Shown: one piece after another, positions 1 through 11,102 of the stretch
Layout of the letters: the number at the start of each line of letters is the position of its first letter
How positions within the stretch are numbered: the stretch's first letter is position 1
From: Eledone cirrhosa
Taxonomy: Eukaryota
NCBI GenBank assembly: GCA_964016885.1
Contig: OZ024742.1
Location: 235,104,001-235,168,000, forward strand
Length of the DNA stretch: 64,000 bases
Direction: 5' to 3'
Position numbers and translations under genes: made by a program
The notes under the pieces: model-generated
Told to the model about the DNA's origin: nothing
Seen by the model: the letters and a program-made list of their open reading frames with translations, nothing else
The model's database searches: none

Positions 1-1180
1 TATTCTCCTCATTTAATAGTCTCTCGTAGTGACACTTCCAGGCTATCTTCTTATCAGTATCAGTGAGCGCAAGTACACCGTTATCATTACGGACACACTT
101 CTCCCCCAAAATATCACGGTTTTCCTTGACACATTGTCTAGTAATCCTGAACACCTCACATTTTTGGTCCTCACGTTGTAGAACATGCTTGAACTTTCTA
201 TCCTCTGCTTCCCTTTTTGCAAGGTACACTTGTCTCCTAGCTTCTCTCCTGGCCACTTGATAGTACTCTCTACTTCCCCCATCCTGCCATACTTTCCAAG
301 CCTGCGTTTTGGCCTTGATTGTCTCCTCCACCTTACTGTTCCACCACCAAGTTATTCTCCTCCTGCCAATAGTCTGCTCCAGCCACAGATTTCATCCGTT
401 GCTTTCAGCAGGTTCACTTTCAAGAACTCCCACTGTTCCTCTATATTGCACGTCTCTAATTGCTCTTCCTTATTGTCAAATGCATCAAGAAATAAGCTTT
501 TAAATTTGTCACTGGCTATGGGGTCCTTCAACTTCCACATTCTTCTCCTCAAGGTAGGCCTCCTCTGTCGTCGAGTACGTCTATTCCTAACTATGAGGTC
601 ACTAACTGCTAGGATATGTTGGGAGGTGTATTCTTCACGGGGGAGGGATTTAGTGTTTACAACAGACGCTTTGTCACATCTTCTAGTAAGGATATAATCT
701 ATCTGGCTGGCGTGTTCCCCTGATCTATAGGTGATCAAGTGGTTTTCTCGTTTTTTGAAGTTTGTGTTACTGATAGTTAGGTTATTAGCGTCACAGAATT
801 CCAGGATTCTGAAGCCCTCCTCATTTCTATTTCCAACCCCATAGCCTCCATGGATTCCACCATAGCCATCACTATGTTGTCCAACATGACCATTTAGATC
901 GCCAGCAATAATTAAGTAGTCGCTGTCGGTTATTTGGGAGGTAGTGTGCATTAGCGTCTCATAGAATCTGTCATTTATAACGTCAGGTAGACCAGATTGG
1001 GGTGCATAAGCAGATATTATTGTCACAGTAGTTCTATTTAGAACTAGTCTTATTTTAATTATTCTGTCATTCACTCTATTTACGTCAATTACCATATCTA
1101 CCCATTTTTCAGCTAACATAATTCCTACTCCACCCAGTCCGTTGTCATTTCACACCCAGAAAAGTTTATAGCATCGTTTT
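1..1180 (-). mobile_element. RTE-clade LINE fragment (AP-endonuclease region, inactivated)
   Basis: ORF 352..1119 has APE motifs ISAYAPQ, IAGDLNGHVG and SQIDYIL. There is an in-frame TGA at 1150-1152, and the element runs off the window start. Confidence 0.9.
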
Positions 1181-1230
1181 ATATATACATATATATATTT
1201 AGTTATGTAATAAACAACATAAGATAATTA

Positions 1231-1291
1231 TTTCATTTACCAATGGTTTCTTGTAAGCAAACAAAATTTGCTTTCAGTCATCAGAATGAAA
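1231..1291 (-). ncRNA. Minimal type I hammerhead ribozyme in a PLE pseudo-LTR remnant
   Basis: Minus strand reads tttcatt-CTGATGA-ctg.aaagcaaa..tttgctt.acaa-GAAA-ccattgg-TA-aatgaaa. Stem I is a perfect 7 bp, stem III is short and near-palindromic, and the stem II closing pair is mismatched. Confidence 0.7.
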
Positions 1292-1413
1292 AAATCCTGG
1301 TGTATTTATTGACAGTGGATTTTAAAAACAAAAATATAATCTATATGAAAGTGAGGCTGGAAAAGGAAGAAGGAAAGGCAAAAGAATAAATATAAAAGTA
1401 GATAAACACACAT

Positions 1414-1486
<73 letters not shown>

Positions 1487-1687
1487 TACACACATACATA
1501 TATATATATATATACATACACACATATATACACATACATATATATATATATATGCAGAGGTTATATTTAATTTGTTGGGATTCAACAAGCTTAAAAATGT
1601 TTATAACTGATATAAAGCACTCAACAAATTAGTGGAGTAAATACACAATATATTAATAAATGGAAACTATATTTATAAAACCATATT

Positions 1688-1753
1688 TATTTTATTATAC
1701 ATATTTCAAGGGCCACCAAGGCAAATTATGGTGCGCTTTCATCAGATAATATA
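1688..1753 (-). ncRNA. Minimal type I hammerhead ribozyme (inverted pLTR copy)
   Basis: Minus strand reads tatattat-CTGATGA-aagcgcacca..tggtggccctt-GAAA-tatgta-TA-ataaaata. Confidence 0.75.
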
Positions 1754-2476
1754 GAGATTTGTTTTATAAATAAATATTGACATACCCGTAAAAAAAGATA
1801 ACCATAACGGTTGGAGCTTCCTGGATAGTGGAGATATTACATTTATTGAGGGTGATAGAAAATTATGATTGAGTATGCAAATGAGTGTCTGAAAGGTTGA
1901 AAAGATAACGGTTTATTTAAATTAAACTGTTGGAGGAAGGTGATATGTGAGGGAGAGAGAAAAAAAAGAAAAAAGAAAAAAAGAATAAAGAAATGAGAAA
2001 AAACAATAGGAGAGGAAAGAAAGAACGATTATATATATTTTGAGAGTGAAAATGGCGTGCATGAAGAGCAGAGCGTAAGTATATTTAAGTGAGGGAAGAG
2101 AATAGTTTCAAAGGATAAATACAGTGTAAGTATATTTACGTGAGGGAAGAAATGAAGAAAAGAATAAATGAGAATAGCGTGGAAGAATAATATTTATAAT
2201 GCAGGATTCATTTTGTTTTGATTATAATATTTATTTGATTATAATATTTATTTGATTATAATATTTATTTGATTATATATTATTTGATTAAAATATTTAT
2301 TGAAAAATTTAGATAAAAAATATAGATAAAAATTAAAATTTAATAATGTGTATGTTAAGGATTATAGATTATTTAAATAAATATATATTATTATTTTACA
2401 TTACAATGAGAATTTAAACTATGTTAACTTTAATTCCAATCACCCCAGATCCGTTAAAAACACTATTGTAAATTCT

Positions 2477-3337
2477 GTGCAGCAACGTATTTCTAGAATT
2501 TCAGCTAATAAAAATATATTTGAAGATAAGGCACAATATTATAACGAAGCGTTAGGTAGGGCAGGCTATAGTAATAAAATTAAATACATTGATAATAAGG
2601 GTGTGCCAATTAACCATAACTATAAATATTATAATAGAAAACCTTACACTAACTCGAAAACCAAAAGAAAAAATAGACCTAGAAATATATTATGGTTCGC
2701 TCCCCCTTTCTCATTAAGTATTAAAACTCCTATTGCTAAATTATTCTTTAAAGCTCTAGATAAGTGTTTTCCTAGAACACACAGGTATTACTCAATGTTT
2801 AATAGACATACTATTAAACTCTCATATTCCACCACTATGAATTTAGCGCAGAATATTAATAGAATTAATAATAGGAACTTAAAACCTAACCAGAATAGCA
2901 TTAAAACCCCTAGCAATATCCAATATAATGTTACTGCTCCCAATAATATAAATTTAGATAAATGTAATAGTAGAAATAAATCTAACTGTCTTCTAAATAA
3001 TAATTGTTTAGTTAAAAATATAGTATACAATTGTAATGTCAAAACAAATGTAAACTCCTTTAATTATGTAGGCTCTACCTCCATGGACTTCAAATCTCGT
3101 TTTAATAACCATAAATGTTCTTTTACGAATATAGGTAAAAAATCTTCAACTTCTCTATCTAACTTACTATGGGACTTGAAATCCAAGAACATTAACTATT
3201 CTTTATTTTGGAAAATTATTTCCAAAGCTCCTTCATACACTGCTTTATCCCAAAATTGTTCCCTTTGTGTCGAAGAAATATTCTTTATACTAAAAAGTAA
3301 GAACTCTATTAATTTGAGGAATAATTTATTCAGTTAA
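2477..3337 (+). pseudogene. PLE RT C-terminus + GIY-YIG endonuclease (truncated)
   Basis: Aligns by eye with the C-terminal part of the 709-aa ORF at 8753..10882 (YYNEAL, NRHTIKLSYSTT, CSLC). Confidence 0.9.
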
Positions 3338-4603
3338 ATGTAATATACGATTTATCTCTTTTACATATTGTCTTCTATATCTATATATGATTCATATACT
3401 TAATTTACTTTCTAATATCTCTACTTCACATATATATTATTACACCTATCGATAGATTATAAAATTCCTTTATATGACTGCTTGAAACTCCTTCAAGGAA
3501 AATTTTTTCTCGAAAAACTTATGGAAGAGTTTAAGAAAATCTTTTGAAAATTCCTTTGAAAGATATAGAAAAACCATTATTTTTATACCTTCCAATATTT
3601 TTATGTTTATATATATGTGGAAAAACATATGATTTTTTATATATATGTGGAGTAACCTATGATTTATGCTTTAAATATATTCGTAAGATAAATTTTTTAA
3701 ATGTTTTAACTTTATAGCAAGTAAATTTATGACTTCGTATAAAATAACATATGGTTCATGTTTTAATTATATTCTTAAGATAGAAAATTTAACTTCTTAA
3801 CTTTATAGCATTTAATCCTTAGAGACATCTGAGTTCTTAAACAATTCACTTTAAAAAATCACTTATAACTTCCTTTACGCTTCCTTACTGTTTTTATAAT
3901 ATAACTAAGTGGTTATTCTTTTGTAAACTCTCGAAAATTTTCCATAAATTTAGAATTATTTGGATGTTTAAAATCTTTGACTTACAACTTTTAATAAAAT
4001 AAACTATACTAGATTTGCTCTAATGTAAAATAATAATATATATTTATTTAAATAATCTATAATCTTTAACATACACATTATTAAATTTTAATTTTTATCT
4101 AAATCTTTCAACCTATCATTCTAAATATTATAATCAAAACAAAATGAATCCTGCATTATAAATATTATTCTTCCACACTATTCTCATTTATTCTTTTTTT
4201 CATTTCTTCCCTCACGTAAATATACTTACACTGTATTTATCCTTTGAAACTATTCTCTTCCCTCACTTAAATATACTTACGCTCTTCTCTTCATGCACAC
4301 TATTTTCACTCTCAAAATATATATAATCGTTCTTTCTTTCCTCTCCTATTTTTTTTTTCTCATTTCTTTATTCTTTTTTTCTTTTTTCTTTTTTTTTCTC
4401 TCTCCCTCACATATCACCTTCTTCCAACAGTTTAATTTAAATAAACCGTTATCTTTTCAACCTTTCGGACACTCATTTGCATACTCAATCATAATTTTCT
4501 ATCACCCTCAATAAATGTAATATCTCCACTATCCAGGAAGCTCCAACCGTTAAGGTTGTCTTTTTTTCCGGGTATGTCAATATTTATTTATGAAACAAAT
4601 CTC

Positions 4604-4669
4604 TATTTTATCTGATGAAAGTGCACCATAACTTGCCTTGGTGGCCCTTGAAATATGTATAATAAAATA
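4604..4669 (+). ncRNA. Minimal type I hammerhead ribozyme (3' pLTR copy)
   Basis: tattttat-CTGATGA-aagtgcacca..tggtggccctt-GAAA-tatgta-TA-ataaaata, with an 8-bp stem I and a self-complementary stem III. Confidence 0.8.
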
Positions 4670-4726
4670 AATATGGTTTTATAAATATAGTTTCCATTTA
4701 TTAATATATTGTGTATATATATATAT

Positions 4727-4778
<52 letters not shown>

Positions 4779-4802
4779 ATACATATACACATAAATACAC
4801 AA

Positions 4803-4829
<27 letters not shown>

Positions 4830-4833
<4 letters not shown>

Positions 4834-5115
4834 CACACACATAGTCATACATATATACACACGTACATATACACACATACATACACACATATATACACGC
4901 ATACATACGCACACACATATATATAGATATATGTACACACACACACACAATTAATTATAAGAAAAATAAAAAAACAATAAACAACCATATAATGCAATAG
5001 GCCGTCACATCAAAATGAAAAATATACGACTTAAGAATATAAAAATTATTATAAAGTTGACAGCGATACAGGAAAGGACACAAATAAATAAACAATCACA
5101 CGTGGTAAGCAATGC
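4830..5115. repeat. Inverted-repeat arm paired with ~11415-11690
   Basis: ...aaaggacacaaataaataaacaatcacacgtggtaagcaat at 5073-5113 is the near reverse complement of 11421-11462. The similarity extends through the flanking microsatellite. Confidence 0.8.
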
Positions 5116-5126
5116 CACACACACAT

Positions 5127-5185
<59 letters not shown>

Positions 5186-5804
5186 TATATATATATATAC
5201 ATGTATTAATCTCTCGAGTCTTACAATTAACCTGTTAATAATTCTATTGACAGATTAATTGCATAAGTTTATTTTAAAAACCACACGGTTGAGTGCTTAT
5301 TCGATTTGTGCTATCTAAGCAATTATTTATATGATATACACATACTGAATTCATTTGCCAAAATCTGGGGAATTTTCCCCTTGTGACTTACGCATGTGCT
5401 TTTACAAAGTTATGCGTCACTCACAAAGTTGGTTACAGAGCAAAATACCTGTTGATAACGTGGTATTCCTTGTTCGATCTTTATGCTGAAAGTTTATAGT
5501 TTTAAGCAGACAGTATTATTGATTTAGGTGTCATAGAAACCCTTCATTTGGATTTTACCATCAATTCCACTTGGGTCCAGGTCTGTTTATATCATTTATT
5601 TTGTTTGACCTGTTTAGCTTGATTTGTTTTTTTGGCTTAGGTGGTTAATGCCTTCTTGACCACTTTTCAGTTTGTATGGCGTTTTAACATATTGTTTAGC
5701 TCTAGTTTTTTTAACTATTGAAGCGCTTGCCAGCATTTCTACGATTTTACATTTCGTTTCGCTTTTTCTACCAGCCGCAATACGATTCTCGCTGAATTTA
5801 TAGT

Positions 5805-6061
5805 TATACATATATATATAAGAAAATACATAAATATTATATATATATATAAATAAAAAGGTGGAAGGGGAAAACAAATAGTTGGGAATACGACAAATAA
5901 TAAATAAATAAATAAATAGATAAAGGTATAAATGTTTATAGCTGATGTAGAGCACTCAACAAGTTCCTGGAGCAAATAATCAATGAAAATAAACATTAAA
6001 TCACTCTGTATGTAATTATGCATATACATACACATATATATACACACACACAACCATACAA

Positions 6062-6118
<57 letters not shown>

Positions 6119-7126
6119 AAAAAGTATGACCCCGACGGCAGAGCTCAAGCCGTTTTGACGGCTATTATATATATATATAAATATATACATATATATAAAA
6201 ATACACATATACACACACACACACACACTAATATACATATATATATATATACATATACATACAGATATATATAATTATATACATATATATATATATATAC
6301 ACATATATACACATATACACAACACATACATACGCACAGAAATAAATATCTATAAATAAAAAAGGTGGGTATGTAAAGGGTAAGGTAGAAAGTAGGGGGG
6401 AATAAGGAAAATAAATAACATAGGAAAAAGTTTAAATATAAGGGGAGATAAGGGAGAAAAAGAATATAAGTGTACAGAAAGTGAGTTCAGAGAGTAATAA
6501 AAATCGTAGTAGATGTAAGGCGTAAAGAGCAGAGAAGAAGTTCAAGGTGGTTGAGTCATCGTAGGAATGTCAATCTAGTTACAGAACAGATGTGATTTCA
6601 GGTGAGGACAACATCTAAAGATCTCGGTCTTGGAGTTCAGGCAAGTTGAAGTGACTTTCAAGTTTTGTAGAATTCTAAATGTTTCAGTGGTACACAAAGA
6701 ACAATTCTTTGTGCTCCTTTGGTAATCCCTCGAATGGTCTAAAATAGACCAATCGATAGAGTACGGGATGTTTTTATCTTTGAATTCCCACACCTTATTT
6801 GCGAGAGCCGTTGCTGTTCTTTTATCAGAGTGTTTAAAAGAAGCGACATGTGCATAAAACCTGGTTTTGAACCTGTCCTGAGTCATGCCAACATACCGTT
6901 CACTCCTGGCTGGTTGTTAATCAAAAGTGTCGCTTTGGCCTCATATACAACGGATTTGGTATTACATTTGCCCTGTAATGGGCATTCATCCGGCTTCCCG
7001 TACGATTAGAATTGGTGATTTTAGACTTCATTGATGGGCAGCAAGAGTAACTGATTTTAACTACATTTCTATTTATAGATATTTATTTCTGTGTGTATGT
7101 ATGTGTTGTGTATATGTGTATATATG

Positions 7127-7173
<47 letters not shown>

Positions 7174-7700
7174 GTGTGTATATAATTATATATATCTGTA
7201 TGTATATGTATGTGTATATATATATGTATATATATATGTGTGTGTGTGTTTATATATGTGTGTGTGTATTTTTATTAAGGTGGTGACGTAACTTTTTGTA
7301 TATATGTGTGTGTGTATATTTGTGTGTGTATTTGTGTATTTTTATATATATGTATATATTTATATATATATATATAATAGCCGTCGAAACGGCTTGAGCT
7401 CTGCCGTCGGGGTCATACTTTTTCCTATATATATATATATATATATGTTTTTGTATGGTTGTGTGTGTGTATATATATATGTGTATGTATATGCATAATT
7501 ACATACAGGGTGATTTACTGTTTATTTTCATTGATTATTTGCTCCAGGAACTTGTTGAGTGCTCTAAATCAGCTATAAACATTTATACCTTTATCTATTT
7601 ATTTATTTATTATTTGTCGTATTCCCAACTATTTGTTTACCCCTTCCACCTTTTTATTTTTATATATATATAATATTTATGTATTTTCTTATATATATAT
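5805..7700 (-). mobile_element. PLE 3' fragment (GIY-YIG) flanked by ~550-630 bp inverted repeats
   Basis: ORF 6575..6886 reads FKTRFYAHVASFKH..CSLCTTE..LNSKTE, with upstream frameshifted CPLQGKC..VVY..YVG. 5805-6358 is inverted at 7070-7700. Confidence 0.85.
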
Positions 7701-7705
7701 ATATG

Positions 7706-7776
<71 letters not shown>

Positions 7777-7783
7777 TAAAATA

Positions 7784-7859
7784 ACAGATTAAAGTTTAAG
7801 CAAAGAATCGCTGCTTTCACCCTTAACGGGATCTTCTGAAACTAACAAAGTCAATCTGT
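7784..7859 (-). ncRNA. Type I hammerhead-like ribozyme with variant core (CAGAAGA), 3' pLTR
   Basis: Minus strand reads acagattga-ctttgtt-agttt-CAGAAGA-t-ccc-gttaa-ggg-t-GAAA-gca..tgc-TT-aaact-ttaatctgt. All three stems pair. Confidence 0.7.
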
Positions 7860-8752
7860 AAACGCAGAACTGGATATTTCAAAAAACGTTGCAACCGGAG
7901 GAAGACAGGAAGACGATACTTTGGTTCGTGGTAACGTTCGCTGGCAAAGAACGGGAAAAAACGAATAATACGTCATTAATAGGAGCGGTGAAAAACAATT
8001 ATGCGCAAAGACAGAACCACGTTTATGGTATAAAAGAGGTCGTAGACTAATGTTCTCTTAGGTGGTGCATAGAGACGTTCTCTGGCAATGAACGAAAAAA
8101 CGAAGATAATAAGTCATATGTGGAGCGTGGAGAACAATAGCACGCAAAGACAAAACCACGTAAATGGTATAGCAGAAGTCGTAGACTAAAATTAATCTCC
8201 GCTACAGAGTTAAGAACAAAGTAAATAAATACAATACAGAAGTAATAGAAACAAATAAATACATACATGCAAACAGATACGTACATACACAAGCATACGC
8301 AAAACCTTACCATAGGTATACAAAACCACGCACATATAAATATGTGTGTGTGTGTATGCTTGTGTACAAATAAATAAATAATTATATCAATGTATATAAG
8401 TAAATAAATACGTATATAACAAGCACACACGCATACCTACATATAAATACACGAATGATCGGAGACGTAAGTCAACTAAAACAAGAAGTACACATATACA
8501 CACACCCACCATACGTACGAACCTGCATACTCACGCAGACGCGAAACTCCCGTATACACATAGCCAAACCCTAAATACCAGACTATGTAAAAATGATATG
8601 CCATAACAGTCAAATATACGTACGAGAAAGTATACATACCTTCACAAAACATACGGGTAATATATACTTACCTATGCAAATAAGTAAAGGAATAAACAAA
8701 ACATATACTTAGCTCCCACATTAAGACGTAAAATATCCACGTATAGGTCGTG

Positions 8753-10882
8753 CTATCCGTTAGGGTATAACGTGGGGCTGTAATACAGGAAAGTTTTGTG
8801 CAATTTATGTTTACAAGCCGAAATTGCCTCAGATTTTTTGTTTAAGATGTGGTCTGTGGCGTAGAGTATTTCCAGGGCCTCAGCGGCGCAGAGGTCACAT
8901 GGTCTTTTATTTCCGTTATACGATCTAGCCCTAGCTAGGATCTCCCAGTGTAACTTATATTGGGTGTGGTTATCTTTTAGACTCCAGATATAAGCTGAAA
9001 GTGACGTCATATTCCTTCTTAGAGGGTAGCGAAAAGAATGGGTATGCATGTAAAGACGCTGCTTGAAACTATTGGCGGTTAACCCTATGTAGGCCCTATG
9101 GGACGTGGGTGTTACAACCTTACATTTGTAGACAATGTTACTAGAGAGACATTTCCCGGATAGGGGGCAATCAGCCCGATTCCTACAATTACAGTTAGTA
9201 CTAACTACAGGGTTGCACGTGTTCCTACGGCTAGGTAGTTTAGCTAAATTTGAAGCTGTGATGTTATGTGCAAGGTTAGGAGTCGTAGAGTAAGAAATTT
9301 TAATAGTATTTCTATTAAAAATTTTACTATATTTATGTGTAGGGGGGAAATGCTTCGTAATAAGGGAAAGAAAGATCTTAGCTAATGGTGTAGCCACCTC
9401 CATATTATATGGTGGGTTAAACCAACAAATGCGACGGGATCTATTTCTTCTAGGTCTATTTTCGTACTCTGTATATGCTACCTTATCGACAAATCCACTT
9501 CGAGCAAGAGCTTCATTGTAATAAGTGGAATGGTCGTTGAAAATGCGCTCGTTGGTGGAAAGACGGGAAAGCCTCAACGAAACGTTTCTTACCAGGTTCT
9601 TGGTTATGCTGGCAGGATGGTTGGAATGCTTACTTATGTAATTAAGCGTATCATTCGGCTTTCTATACGGGTAATACAACCCATTCAATAAATTGAGGGT
9701 AACGTCGAGGTAATTAACGACCGAGAGATTGGCCTCAACCTGTATAGAGAGATTGAAGCCTTTAAAGAAGGCTGTGAGTTCTTTTCTGAACCTGTCGCAA
9801 GCACGAGGTCCGCACTTAGTCATGGTCAAAAGACCATCGTCACGGTACAAACCACCGCCCGCGTTGGGGAATTCGTCCTTGATAGAGAAAAGAAGGAAAA
9901 GGCCAATAAGATCAGTAACCTCCGCAGAGTCACTGGCGCCCATACTCACGTCGAATGGGGTACTATTGGATTTTTTAATCCAAATAGAGTCGTCGAAATT
10001 AATCACCGACTTTCGGGCATTAAGGATGACATCAACTTCAAAATCCTTAACCACTGTGAGTGTTTTAGCGAAATTGATAGCTCTAAGGAGAAGTGGTAGA
10101 GTGATGGAGGAGTAGTAATTGTTGATGTCGAATTGGATAAAACGGCAATGTTCCTTGTTACATATGCCGTTGAACCAATCAATCACCGCGAAAGAATTGT
10201 TCCACAGTGCGAGAGGGGCCAAACTTTTAATTTCAGGTATAATTCTATCAAGAATCGTTTTACTAAGTCTACCTAAATCGGACTTCGTAGGGTTAATAAG
10301 CCGAATAGAGGGGTTGTTCGGAAAATTGGATTTGTGATCCTTCAGGGTAAAGTGGGGAGAGATAGGGTCCAGAGGTTCGGTCCGGTCCAGGATGTTGAGA
10401 TCAGATGTGATTTTAAACCCAGCATCGTTGATTTCATTGATGACGCACCGATTAGTTTTACGGTAATCCTTAGTTACAGCATTATGTAGTAGTTGATGGT
10501 AAGTACTGCGCTCCACTTGATATAGGTTGCTAGTTTTGTTGGAATGGACGTGCACGGCGTTAGAATCCTTAATAGAACGAATTCTATTCTTCAGGTCTTG
10601 CTGGAAGGAATTGCTCCTATTCCGAAATTTGATATTCCGAATGAGTTCCAAGACATCATTTTCGAAGGGTGGCAATGCTGGGTTCCACGGAGGGTTATTA
10701 TAGGTTTTAAATCCAAATTTATCCTGTTTGTTGTCTGCTTTTCGCGGATTATCGAAATAAAAGGCACGCCAACGCAACCTTTTAATGAACGCGTCTGTTT
10801 TCTGTATCAGGAGTTTTAGGTATGTTTTCCTGCTTGGTACGGGCATGTTCTTTGTAGAAATATTCAGATGTTGTTTCTGCAT
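8753..10882 (-). CDS. PLE polyprotein: reverse transcriptase + C-terminal GIY-YIG endonuclease (709 aa)
   Basis: RT motifs FIQFDINNYYSSI, FDVSMGA, GLYRDDGL and VNYLDVTL; linker CNCRNRADCPLSGKC; EN IVYKC..AYIGLT..FKQR..CDLC..E..LNKKSE. No stop codons. Confidence 0.95.
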   Translation of the reverse strand: MQKQHLNISTKNMPVPSRKTYLKLLIQKTDAFIKRLRWRAFYFDNPRKADNKQDKFGFKTYNNPPWNPALPPFENDVLELIRNIKFRNRSNSFQQDLKNRIRSIKDSNAVHVHSNKTSNLYQVERSTYHQLLHNAVTKDYRKTNRCVINEINDAGFKITSDLNILDRTEPLDPISPHFTLKDHKSNFPNNPSIRLINPTKSDLGRLSKTILDRIIPEIKSLAPLALWNNSFAVIDWFNGICNKEHCRFIQFDINNYYSSITLPLLLRAINFAKTLTVVKDFEVDVILNARKSVINFDDSIWIKKSNSTPFDVSMGASDSAEVTDLIGLFLLFSIKDEFPNAGGGLYRDDGLLTMTKCGPRACDRFRKELTAFFKGFNLSIQVEANLSVVNYLDVTLNLLNGLYYPYRKPNDTLNYISKHSNHPASITKNLVRNVSLRLSRLSTNERIFNDHSTYYNEALARSGFVDKVAYTEYENRPRRNRSRRICWFNPPYNMEVATPLAKIFLSLITKHFPPTHKYSKIFNRNTIKISYSTTPNLAHNITASNLAKLPSRRNTCNPVVSTNCNCRNRADCPLSGKCLSSNIVYKCKVVTPTSHRAYIGLTANSFKQRLYMHTHSFRYPLRRNMTSLSAYIWSLKDNHTQYKLHWEILARARSYNGNKRPCDLCAAEALEILYATDHILNKKSEAISACKHKLHKTFLYYSPTLYPNG

Positions 10883-11026
10883 GATGAATATAAGTCAGTA
10901 GAGTGCTCAACCGAAGGAGCCAAATAGTAATAATAATAAAATTGAAGACTAAAATCCAAAGAGGGCTCGATAAGGAAAATATATATCAAATATATAAGAA
11001 CCGTAGAGCAAATATTTATTAAAATA

Positions 11027-11102
11027 ACAGATTAAAGTTTAAGCAAAGAATCGCTGCTTTCACCCTTAACGGGATCTTCTGAAACTAACAAAGTCAATCT
11101 GT
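11027..11102 (-). ncRNA. Type I hammerhead-like ribozyme with variant core (CAGAAGA), 5' pLTR
   Basis: Identical in sequence to 7784-7859 and offset by 3243 bp. Confidence 0.7.

Larger units (their letters stand above)
1553..4716 (+). mobile_element. 5'-truncated Penelope-like element with inverted pseudo-LTRs
   Basis: ORF 2477..3337 encodes the RT C-terminus (WFAPPFS) and a GIY-YIG domain (IVYNC..YVG..F.SRF). 1641-2403 is an inverted repeat of 4021-4716. The element is flanked by (TA)n/(CA)n. Confidence 0.9.

Noticed and set aside
5205-5800. Possible additional PLE coding remnant
   Set aside because: Only one short peptide similarity (NFQHKDRTRNTTLS) and a partial hairpin motif; no consistent frame or orientation.
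9729-10819. Plus-strand ORFs overlapping the PLE ORF
   Set aside because: Antisense shadows with no recognisable motifs.
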